Assembly: GCA_022795805.1 (NCBI GenBank)
Contig: JAAWHK010000002.1
Location: forward strand, 15,194-79,193
Origin: Hungatella sp.
GTDB taxonomy: Bacteria; Bacillota; Clostridia; Lachnospirales; Lachnospiraceae
Reading direction: 5' to 3'
Length of the DNA: 64,000 nucleotides
Shown: one piece after another, positions 28,060 through 35,999 of the stretch
Numbering within the stretch: the stretch's first letter is position 1
How the letters are laid out: each line of letters begins with the position of its first letter
Notes under the pieces: generated by a model
What the model was told of the DNA's origin: nothing
Seen by the model: only the letters and a program-made list of their open reading frames with translations
The model's database searches: none
Translations under genes and position numbers: made by a program

Positions 28060-30204
28060 TCACACGATCCTTTTAAATTTCCGCTCCAGCTCATGTCTGC
28101 TCATGGAGATAATGGTGGGCCTGCCGTGGGGGCAGGCATAGGGATTTTCAAGCCCCAGCAGCTGATCGATAAGCCGGTCCGCCTCCGCCGCCGATATGGG
28201 GTTGTTGCCCTTCACAGCCGCCTTGCAGGACATGGACGCGATCCGCTCATAGATAATATCGGGACTGCCTTTAAATATATCGTCCGACAGGCTGTCCAGC
28301 ATCTCCGTCAGCAGCTCCTTTCTGGCGATGGAAAACAGGTTGTCAGGGACAGCCCTGACGGCGTACTCGTTCCCGCCGAAATGTTCGATCTCAAATCCGA
28401 TTCCCGTGAAGTATCCCATATACTTTTCCAGCAGCACCTGCTCCGTACTTCCCAGTGTGAGGATAACAGGCGGGTTGACAAGCTGGGAGGTATACTCCCG
28501 GTTTTTTAACGTGGCCACAGTCCTCTCGTACAGGACCTTTTCGTGGGCCGCATGCTGGTCGACGATGTAGAGATGGTCGGAAAACTCGATGAGCCAGTAG
28601 GTGTCAAACAACTGGCCGATCAGCTTGTGGCGCGCCCTGTTTCCCGGTTCCAGAAGCTTCTCCTCAAAGAGGTCCAGCTGGCCCGGCGGCTGGACGGCCG
28701 CTCCCGGCTGACTGTCCCGGGAAAGTGGCTGGCGTTCGGCCGCTCCCGGCTGACCGCTACGGGAAACCGACTGACCGGCTGACGCTCCCGGTTGGCCGTT
28801 CCGGGAAACTGCCTGACCAACTGCCCCTCCCGGCTGACCACCACGGGAAATCGACTGACCAACTGCCCCTCCCGACTGACCGTCCCGGGAAACCGGCTGA
28901 CCGCTACGGGAAACCGCCCCCTCTCCCGGCTGGCCCCCAGGCGAATCCGCCCCTTTGCCATCTGTTCTCCCGGCTCCGTATCCGGGCAGTTTTTCGGCCA
29001 CGGTCTGACATGAAGGGGTTATGCGGTACGCCGCCTTTTGGGACAGAGGACTTTCTCCCCTGTCCCCGTCAGGCACCGCAGATTTCCCCCCTGCCCGCTG
29101 CTGCTCATAGTAGCTGCGCCGCTTCGTTTCAAAGGGCTCCGGGCGGGCTTCCTCCCTCCCAGAGCCTCTCCCGCTTTCTTTTACGTTTCTGTCCAGGCTT
29201 ATCTGGGGAATCAGCTCCTTTTGGGACAGGGCCTGGACGACCGCATCGGAGATAATCTGATAGATCCGCTCCCCGTCTCGAAACCGCAGCTCCATCTTGG
29301 TCGGGTGCACATTGACATCCAGATATTCCGGCTCGATGGTCAGATGCAGAAGGACAAAGGGGTATTTGTGCTGCATCATAAACGGCTTGTACGCCTCCTC
29401 GATAGCCTTGGCCACCAGGCTGCTTTTGATGTACCGGCCATTGATATAATAGTTTTCGAAATTCCGGTTGCTTCGGGCAATCACCGGCTTCCCCGCAAAT
29501 CCTCTCACCTGCAGAAACTCACTGTCCAGCTCCACCGGAAGAAGGTTGGCGGCGATCTCCCGCCCGAATATTGTATAGATCATGTCTTTCAGATTGTGGT
29601 TTCCCGAGGTGTGGAGCTTGTTCTGTCCGTTCTGAATAAACCGCACGGAGATGTCCGGATGGGACATGGCCATCTTCTCCACCAGAGCCGCCACATAGGC
29701 GCCCTCCGTCTGGGCCGTCTTCAGGAATTTCTGCCTGGCCGGGGTGTTGTAAAACAGATTCCTCACCAGGAATGTGGTGCCCTCAGGCGCCCCGATCTCC
29801 TCCCTGCCCCGCTCTTGTCCGCCCTCGATCCGATAGCGGATCCCAGAAAGCTGCTCCGAAGTCTTGGTAATCAGCTCTACCTGCGCAACGGCCGCAATGC
29901 TGGACAGGGCCTCCCCCCGAAACCCAAGGGAAGCCACCGTAAACAGATCCTCCACGGACCTGATCTTGCTGGTGGAGTGGCGCATGAAGGCCAGGGCCGC
30001 CTCCTCACTGGGGATGCCGCACCCGTTGTCCGTTACCCGGATGAAAGAGATGCCGCCGTCCCGGATCTCCACGGTCACTGCCGTGGCCCTGGCGTCAATG
30101 GCGTTTTCCAGAAGTTCTTTCACCACGGAGGAGGGGCGCTCTATCACCTCCCCGGCCGCGATCTTGTTGATGGTATTCTGATCCAGTACTGCGATATTTG
30201 CCAT
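28060..30204 (-). CDS. mutL: DNA mismatch repair endonuclease MutL
   Basis: IAAGEVIERP, GFRGEAL, DVNVHPTK, DQHAAHE, SCK and CPHGRP. Confidence 0.99.
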   Translation of the reverse strand: MANIAVLDQNTINKIAAGEVIERPSSVVKELLENAIDARATAVTVEIRDGGISFIRVTDNGCGIPSEEAALAFMRHSTSKIRSVEDLFTVASLGFRGEALSSIAAVAQVELITKTSEQLSGIRYRIEGGQERGREEIGAPEGTTFLVRNLFYNTPARQKFLKTAQTEGAYVAALVEKMAMSHPDISVRFIQNGQNKLHTSGNHNLKDMIYTIFGREIAANLLPVELDSEFLQVRGFAGKPVIARSNRNFENYYINGRYIKSSLVAKAIEEAYKPFMMQHKYPFVLLHLTIEPEYLDVNVHPTKMELRFRDGERIYQIISDAVVQALSQKELIPQISLDRNVKESGRGSGREEARPEPFETKRRSYYEQQRAGGKSAVPDGDRGESPLSQKAAYRITPSCQTVAEKLPGYGAGRTDGKGADSPGGQPGEGAVSRSGQPVSRDGQSGGAVGQSISRGGQPGGAVGQAVSRNGQPGASAGQSVSRSGQPGAAERQPLSRDSQPGAAVQPPGQLDLFEEKLLEPGNRARHKLIGQLFDTYWLIEFSDHLYIVDQHAAHEKVLYERTVATLKNREYTSQLVNPPVILTLGSTEQVLLEKYMGYFTGIGFEIEHFGGNEYAVRAVPDNLFSIARKELLTEMLDSLSDDIFKGSPDIIYERIASMSCKAAVKGNNPISAAEADRLIDQLLGLENPYACPHGRPTIISMSRHELERKFKRIV
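28690..28935 (-). repeat. 42-bp (14-aa) degenerate tandem repeat in the MutL linker, about 5.5 copies
   Basis: CGGGAAA recurs at 28718, 28760, 28802, 28844 and 28886 (period 42) and at 28907 (half unit). Confidence 0.9.
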
Positions 30205-30217
30205 GGTCTCTCCCCTT

Positions 30218-32875
30218 CTACCACCTGTTCTTCAGCTTTCCCTGCATGCGGCTCAGTATGTTCAGCGCCTCAACAGGGGTGATCTCGTTGATTTGGATCT
30301 CCTCGATCTCCTTTATAATATCCTCGCTCTTTACGGTGTCAAACAGCGTCATCTGATTTAAATCCACCTCGTCCGGCCTGGTCACGGTCTTTCGCTGGGC
30401 CGGCGACACATTGGCGCTTTCCCTGGCGATCTCCCTGGCCTTCGTGGCAATGTCCGCGCTGCTAAGCTCCTCCACCAGCTCCTTGGCCCGGCAGATCACC
30501 GGCTCCGGCACCCCCGCCAGCTTGGCCACCTGGATGCCGTAGCTCTTGTCGGCGCCGCCCTTTACGATCTTGCGCAGGAACACGATGTCGTCCCCCTGCT
30601 CCTTCACGGCGATACAGTAGTTGTTGACGCCGCTCATGGTTCCTTCAAGCTCCGTCAGCTCATGATAGTGGGTGGCAAACAGCGTCTTGGCGCCCAGAAT
30701 CTTCACATTGCTGATGTGCTCCACCACGGCCCAGGCAATGCTCAGACCGTCGAATGTGCTGGTGCCCCGCCCGATTTCATCCAGGATAATCAGGCTGCTT
30801 CTGGTGGCGTTTCTCAGGATGTTGGCCACCTCCGTCATCTCCACCATAAAGGTGCTCTGCCCCGAAGCCAGGTCGTCGGACGCGCCGACTCTGGTGAAGA
30901 TCCGGTCGCAGATCCCGATATCCGCCTGATCCGCCGGCACAAAGCTTCCGATCTGGGCCATGAGGACAATGAGGGCCGTCTGCCGCATGTAGGTGGACTT
31001 GCCCGCCATGTTGGGGCCGGTGATAACGGATATGCGGTTCTTGTGGTTGTCCAGAACCGTGTCATTGGACACGAAAAGATCGTCCTTTAACATCAGCTCC
31101 ACCACCGGATGACGCCCGTTCTTAATATGTATGGAACCCTTCTCATTGATCTTCGGTTTCACATAGTTGTTTCTGGTGGCCACCAGGGACAGGGAACAGA
31201 ACGCGTCGATCCCGGCCAGCGCCTTGGCTGTCCTCTGGATCCGCGCCACCTCCCCGCCGATCCGGTCCCGTATCTGGCAGAACAGATCATACTCCAGGGA
31301 GAACAGCTTGTCCTCCGCGCCCAGGATAATGTCCTCCAGCTCCTTCAGCTGATCCGTGGTGTAGCGCTCCGCGTTGGCCAGTGTCTGTTTTCGTATAAAA
31401 TACTCCGGAACCATATTCTTAAAGGAGTTGGTCACCTCAAAATAGTACCCGAACACCTTGTTGAATTTCACCTTCAGATTTTTGATTCCCGTCTTGTCCC
31501 GCTCCTTCGCCTCCAGATCCGCCAGCCATGTCTTCCCCTCGGTCTTGGCGTGGCGCAGCTGGTCCGCCTCTGCATTGTACCCCTCCCGGATGATGCCCCC
31601 TTCCTTCACGGCTAAGGGAGGCTCCTCCACAATCGACTCCTGTATGAGCCGGTGCAGATCCTCCAGCGGGTCCAGCTCCTCACAGATCCCTGCCAGCAGC
31701 GGCGACTTCATCTCCATGAGAAGCCCCTTTATGTGGGGCAGCATGGCCAGGGAGCTGCCGAAGGTGATGAGATCCCTGGGATTGGCGGATTTGTAGCTGA
31801 TGCGCCCCATAAGGCGCTCCAGGTCGTACACGGAGTTTAGGTACTCCCGTATCTCCTCCCGGGTGATGTAGCTCATGTTCAGCTCCTCCACGGCGTTCTG
31901 CCGCTCCAGGATAGACGCCCTGTGGACCAGAGGCTGCTCGATGAGATTTCTCATAAGCCTGGCGCCCATGGCTGTCTTCGTCTTGTCCAGCACCCACAGA
32001 AGGGATCCCCGGCGCTGCTTTTCCCGCAGAGTCTCCAGAAGCTCAAGGTTCCGCCTGGTGGAGGAATCCAGCACCATGAACTCGCCTGTGGTGTAGGTCC
32101 GGACCGTAAAAATGTGACTCAGAGAGTTTTTCTGGGTCTCGTAGAGATACTCCATCACCGCGCCGGAGGCGATGACGCCTGCGTCGTAATCCCCCAGCCC
32201 CAGCCCGTCCAGGCTTCCCACCCGGAAATGTTCCTTTAATATGTTCCTGCAGGAATCATCGGAAAAATAGCGGCTATCCAGGGAGGAGACGGCCACGTGG
32301 TACCGGTCCTTCAGATCCTCCAGGTCGATCCCGCACATATAGAACGCCTCGTTGCAGATGATCTCCGACGGGGCGAACTTGTGAATCTCGTCCAAAAGGT
32401 TTCTCTCTCCCTCCACCTCCGTCACCAGATAATCGCCGGTGGTGATGTCGCAGGCGCAGATGCCGAATATGTCCCCCACATAGACGATCCCCATAAGGTA
32501 GTTGTTCTTCGTCTCGTCCAGGGCCTGGCTGCTGGTGATGGTTCCCGGGGTCACCACCCGGATCACCTCCCGCTTCACCAGCCCTTTTGCCTGCTTGGGG
32601 TCCTCCACCTGCTCGGCGATGGCCACCTTGTAGCCCTTCTGAACCAGCTTGTACAGGTAGGAATCCACGGCGTGGTAGGGAACGCCGCACATGGGCGCCC
32701 TCTCCGGAAGGCCGCACTCCTTTCCGGTCAGCGTCAGCTCCAGCTCCCTGGATGTGGTCACGGCGTCCTCAAAGAACATCTCGTAGAAATCGCCCAGCCT
32801 GTAGAAAAGGAGACAGTCAGGATACTGCTCCTTCGTCTCCATGTAATGAGCCATCATAGGTGATAATCCGGCCAT
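30218..32875 (-). CDS. mutS: DNA mismatch repair protein MutS
   Basis: GDFYEMF, TGPNMAGKST, STFMVEM, DEIGRGTS and FATHYHEL. Confidence 0.99.
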   Translation of the reverse strand: MAGLSPMMAHYMETKEQYPDCLLFYRLGDFYEMFFEDAVTTSRELELTLTGKECGLPERAPMCGVPYHAVDSYLYKLVQKGYKVAIAEQVEDPKQAKGLVKREVIRVVTPGTITSSQALDETKNNYLMGIVYVGDIFGICACDITTGDYLVTEVEGERNLLDEIHKFAPSEIICNEAFYMCGIDLEDLKDRYHVAVSSLDSRYFSDDSCRNILKEHFRVGSLDGLGLGDYDAGVIASGAVMEYLYETQKNSLSHIFTVRTYTTGEFMVLDSSTRRNLELLETLREKQRRGSLLWVLDKTKTAMGARLMRNLIEQPLVHRASILERQNAVEELNMSYITREEIREYLNSVYDLERLMGRISYKSANPRDLITFGSSLAMLPHIKGLLMEMKSPLLAGICEELDPLEDLHRLIQESIVEEPPLAVKEGGIIREGYNAEADQLRHAKTEGKTWLADLEAKERDKTGIKNLKVKFNKVFGYYFEVTNSFKNMVPEYFIRKQTLANAERYTTDQLKELEDIILGAEDKLFSLEYDLFCQIRDRIGGEVARIQRTAKALAGIDAFCSLSLVATRNNYVKPKINEKGSIHIKNGRHPVVELMLKDDLFVSNDTVLDNHKNRISVITGPNMAGKSTYMRQTALIVLMAQIGSFVPADQADIGICDRIFTRVGASDDLASGQSTFMVEMTEVANILRNATRSSLIILDEIGRGTSTFDGLSIAWAVVEHISNVKILGAKTLFATHYHELTELEGTMSGVNNYCIAVKEQGDDIVFLRKIVKGGADKSYGIQVAKLAGVPEPVICRAKELVEELSSADIATKAREIARESANVSPAQRKTVTRPDEVDLNQMTLFDTVKSEDIIKEIEEIQINEITPVEALNILSRMQGKLKNRW

Positions 32876-32906
32876 GGTAAGTAAACCTCTCTTCTATAAA
32901 ATAAAA

Positions 32907-34382
32907 TCAATCCTGTATCCGATCGCCGTCCGAAACCATGCGGCCCATGTAGTAGAATCCCCTGGACTCCTCCAGATACACGGGGACAATGGACCCTATG
33001 AGGGAGGCGTCCCCCGGAAAATGTACGATCGTGTTGTTGTCAAGTCTTCCCGTCACATACCCTGCGCTGTGGTCGTCCACGCTCTCAGCCAGCACGTCCT
33101 TTACCCTGTGAAGATCCCGCGCGCACACCCTTGCGGAGATGTCCTGCACCTCCTTTAACAGCCGGTCGAACCGGTCTTTGACCACATCCTCCGGCACCTG
33201 ATCCTCCATGGCCGCGGCCGGGGTCCCGGTGCGTTTGGAGTAGATAAACGTAAATGCGCTGTCAAAGCCCACCTGTCTCACCACATCCAGGGTCTCCTGG
33301 AAATCCTCCTCCGTTTCCCCCGGAAATCCCACGATGATATCCGTGGTCAGGGAGATGTCCGGCATGGCGGCCCGTATTCTCCCCACCAGTTCCAGATACT
33401 GCTCCTTCGTGTACCTGCGGTTCATGGCCTTTAAAATGCGGCTGCTGCCGGACTGCACCGGCAGATGGAGATGGCGGCATACCTTTTTGGAGGCTGCCAT
33501 GGCCCCAATGAGCTCGTCGGACAGGTCTTTCGGATGGGACGTCATAAACCGTATCCGCCTGATGCCCTCCACGGATTCCACCTGCCGCAGAAGCCCGGCA
33601 AAGGTGACCGGTGTATCCAGCGTCTTCCCGTAGGAGTTGACGTTCTGCCCCAGCAGCATGACTTCCACCACGCCGGAGGCAGAAAGCCTCCTGATCTCAC
33701 TGACAATGTCCTCCGGCTTTCTGCTTCTCTCCCGCCCTCTCACATAAGGGACAATGCAGTAGCTGCAGAAATTGTTGCAGCCAAACATGATGTTGACACC
33801 GGATTTAAAGGGGTACTTTCTCTCCGACGGCAGCTCCTCCACAATAAGGCTGGTATCCTCCCAGATGTCCACGGCCGTCTTCCCCTCGTCCAGGCGCCTC
33901 CACATAAGCTCTGCCAGCCTGAAAATGTTGTGGGTGCCGAAGATAATATCCACAAACCGGTAGCTTTTTCTGATCTTTGCCACCACATCCGGCTCCTGCA
34001 TCATACAGCCGCACAGGGCAATGAGCATGGACGGGTTCTTCTTTTTCAGGGTGCTTAAATACCCCAGGCGGCCATAGACCCTCTGGTTGGCGTTCTCCCT
34101 CACGGTGCATGTGTTGTACAGTACGAAATCCGCGTTCTCGTCCTCCGTCTCACAAAAACCGATCTCCGTCAGGATGCCCATCAGTTTTTCCGAGTCCCGG
34201 GCGTTCATCTGACAGCCGAAGGTTTGGGTAAACGCGGTTGGACAACGTCCGTTTTTTTGTTCAAACGCCCGAACCCAATCCCGGCATTTAGCCATAAAGT
34301 AGTACTGCCTAAATGGCTCTTCTGTCGGCGGCTCTGAATCTATATCTATATCTATTTTATCTAAATCAAATTCGTTATACAT
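32907..34382 (-). CDS. miaB: tRNA methylthiotransferase MiaB
   Basis: TFGCQMN, NTCTVRE, GCM, radical-SAM CNNFCSYC, DIIVGFPGET and TRAM domain; start reassigned to ATG 34382. Confidence 0.97.
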   Translation of the reverse strand: MYNEFDLDKIDIDIDSEPPTEEPFRQYYFMAKCRDWVRAFEQKNGRCPTAFTQTFGCQMNARDSEKLMGILTEIGFCETEDENADFVLYNTCTVRENANQRVYGRLGYLSTLKKKNPSMLIALCGCMMQEPDVVAKIRKSYRFVDIIFGTHNIFRLAELMWRRLDEGKTAVDIWEDTSLIVEELPSERKYPFKSGVNIMFGCNNFCSYCIVPYVRGRERSRKPEDIVSEIRRLSASGVVEVMLLGQNVNSYGKTLDTPVTFAGLLRQVESVEGIRRIRFMTSHPKDLSDELIGAMAASKKVCRHLHLPVQSGSSRILKAMNRRYTKEQYLELVGRIRAAMPDISLTTDIIVGFPGETEEDFQETLDVVRQVGFDSAFTFIYSKRTGTPAAAMEDQVPEDVVKDRFDRLLKEVQDISARVCARDLHRVKDVLAESVDDHSAGYVTGRLDNNTIVHFPGDASLIGSIVPVYLEESRGFYYMGRMVSDGDRIQD

Positions 34383-34387
34383 TTCTC

Positions 34388-34481
34388 TTGACTTTTTCCC
34401 TTTCCAGCATATAAGACACAAAAAGAAGCGGGTTTTTACCGTACAGCTTTATGGCTCAAGCGGGGTGCTCGTTTCTTTTTT
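34388..34481 (+). ncRNA. Candidate ~60-nt antisense hairpin RNA with its own promoter
   Basis: TTGACT 34388-34393, 16 bp, TATAAG 34410-34415; hairpin 34420-34480 whose irregular pairs are G-U only on the + strand; ends in T6. Confidence 0.35.
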
Positions 34482-34518
34482 ATGTTTATAATATCATAAT
34501 AAATACAATTTTTTATTT

Positions 34519-34599
34519 TCAGAATGTCTTAGACCAGCTCTGCATGAAATACATTATACCGCAAAACATCATTATTTTCATCAAAAACCGGCTTTCCAT
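34519..34599 (-). CDS. Candidate 26-aa small protein MESRFLMKIMMFCGIMYFMQSWSKTF
   Basis: AAGGGAGG SD (only 3 nt before the ATG); promoter TAGACA-17-TATAAT at 34698-34670. Confidence 0.3.
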   Translation of the reverse strand: MESRFLMKIMMFCGIMYFMQSWSKTF

Positions 34600-34669
34600 A
34601 ATCCTCCCTTGTATGCTGTCATATAGTCGAAACAGCCGGAAGTCATCCGAAATGCCCCTGCTTCCCAAT

Positions 34670-34698
34670 ATTATAAATACCATTTTCCTTTTTGTCTA
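34670..34698 (-). promoter_or_regulatory. sigma-A promoter upstream of the small ORF / miaB operon
   Basis: TAGACA (34698-34693), 17 bp, TATAAT (34675-34670). Confidence 0.7.
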
Positions 34699-34820
34699 CT
34701 TACAATTCTTTCTGAACCGCAAAAAACCCCCGATGCCATCCGGAATCAGGGGCGGTGTCATTTCCCGAAACAAGACCGATTTTATCATATGTCAGAAAGC
34801 CTGTCTGGGTATGATCCGCG

Positions 34821-35156
34821 CTATACCCGCAGCTCTCCCAGTATCACGTTGGCCAGAATCGCAAACTGTTTTCTCTTAAACGAATTGTTGGTCACTGCCG
34901 CGTACAGCCAGCCTTTTTCGTCGTAGCTGAAAAACATATCCGTTATGATCATGCGCCATATCCGCTCATTGGATGCGGGAATCTCTCTCACAAGGTTATA
35001 AAAATCCTCGCAGAACGAGTCAAAGACCTCATCCTTGATCTTTAAGTCGTAGGAGTCAAAAATCCTGGTAAAGATGGTCCTGACCCTGTCAATGTCAAAC
35101 TCACAGAACACGACTTTGTTCCGATTGATCTCTCTGCTGTAAGAATAAACTTCCAT
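34821..35156 (-). CDS. Hypothetical protein (111 aa)
   Basis: GGAGG RBS before ATG 35156; own promoter; downstream hairpin with T-run near 34720-34752; no recognisable motif. Confidence 0.75.
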   Translation of the reverse strand: MEVYSYSREINRNKVVFCEFDIDRVRTIFTRIFDSYDLKIKDEVFDSFCEDFYNLVREIPASNERIWRMIITDMFFSYDEKGWLYAAVTNNSFKRKQFAILANVILGELRV

Positions 35157-35303
35157 AACTCTGTCCTCCACCTTCTCTGTGTGATTCCATATATTCTCTC
35201 AGTCGGCCCCCGCTGTGAGCAGCGGGATATATGGTCAGTGCCCGCCATGTGCCCACCGGTGCTTTCACCTGTACCTGCCTTATTGTCGGCCGGAATTAAA
35301 AGA

Positions 35304-35332
35304 ATTATACTTCTCCCGGACACGATTGGCAA
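35304..35332 (-). promoter_or_regulatory. sigma-A promoter giving a ~140-nt leader
   Basis: TTGCCA (35332-35327), 17 bp, TATAAT (35309-35304). Confidence 0.8.
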
Positions 35333-35357
35333 TAAAAATTTTCAAAAAATCCATATT

Positions 35358-35999
35358 TTATTCCAGATGGTTCTTCACCGTAAACACGGCCAGCTGGGTT
35401 CTGTCTTTCAGTTTCAGTTTGTCCAGAAGGCGGGAAATGTTGTTGCGCACCGTGCCCTCCGCCAGAAAAAGCTCCGCCCCTATCTCCCGGTTGTCCATGC
35501 CTCTGGCGACACAGCGCATAATATCCAGCTCCCTGGCCGTCAGCCCCAGCACGCCGGGATCCTTCTCCTCCTTGGCCTTATAAGGCGCCATCTGGCGGCG
35601 TATCCCCTCAAAGACACTGCCGCCGAACACCTGCATCCCGCCGCAGACCATCTTCACGGACTGGATCACCTTCTCGTCCTCCATCTCCTTCAGTATGTAG
35701 CCGTCCGCACCGCTGTTCACCGCTGCGTCCACGGTCTCCCGGTCGTCGAAGGTGGTCAGCACCAGGATCTTCACCTGGGGAAATTCCCTTTTGATGGCCC
35801 CAATGCCCCAGCTTCCGTCGTACTGCGGCATCCGCATGTCCATCAGCACCACATCCGGCGGCTCTTTTTTGCAGCACTCAAAGGCCTCCTTCCCGTTGGA
35901 TGCCATGCCAATCACCTGGATCTGGGGATCCTGGCTTAAGATAGCCCTCAGCCCCTGTCTCAGGATCTGAATGTCGTCCGCGATCACCACTCGAATCAT
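35358..35999 (-). CDS. NarL/LuxR-family response regulator
   Basis: VVIADD, DVVLMDMRMP, LTTFD, GYILK; HTH LTARELD...LFLAEGTVRN...DRTQLA. Confidence 0.97.
   Translation of the reverse strand: MIRVVIADDIQILRQGLRAILSQDPQIQVIGMASNGKEAFECCKKEPPDVVLMDMRMPQYDGSWGIGAIKREFPQVKILVLTTFDDRETVDAAVNSGADGYILKEMEDEKVIQSVKMVCGGMQVFGGSVFEGIRRQMAPYKAKEEKDPGVLGLTARELDIMRCVARGMDNREIGAELFLAEGTVRNNISRLLDKLKLKDRTQLAVFTVKNHLE

Noticed and set aside
34451-34879. 142-aa + strand ORF in the AT-rich intergenic region
   Set aside because: No RBS; it runs through promoter and terminator elements; its composition reflects AT-rich non-coding DNA.
35160-35297. c-di-GMP-I/II, cobalamin or TPP riboswitch in this leader
   Set aside because: Only isolated words (GAAA loop, GGGCAC, CTGAGA) match; the required partner motifs are missing.
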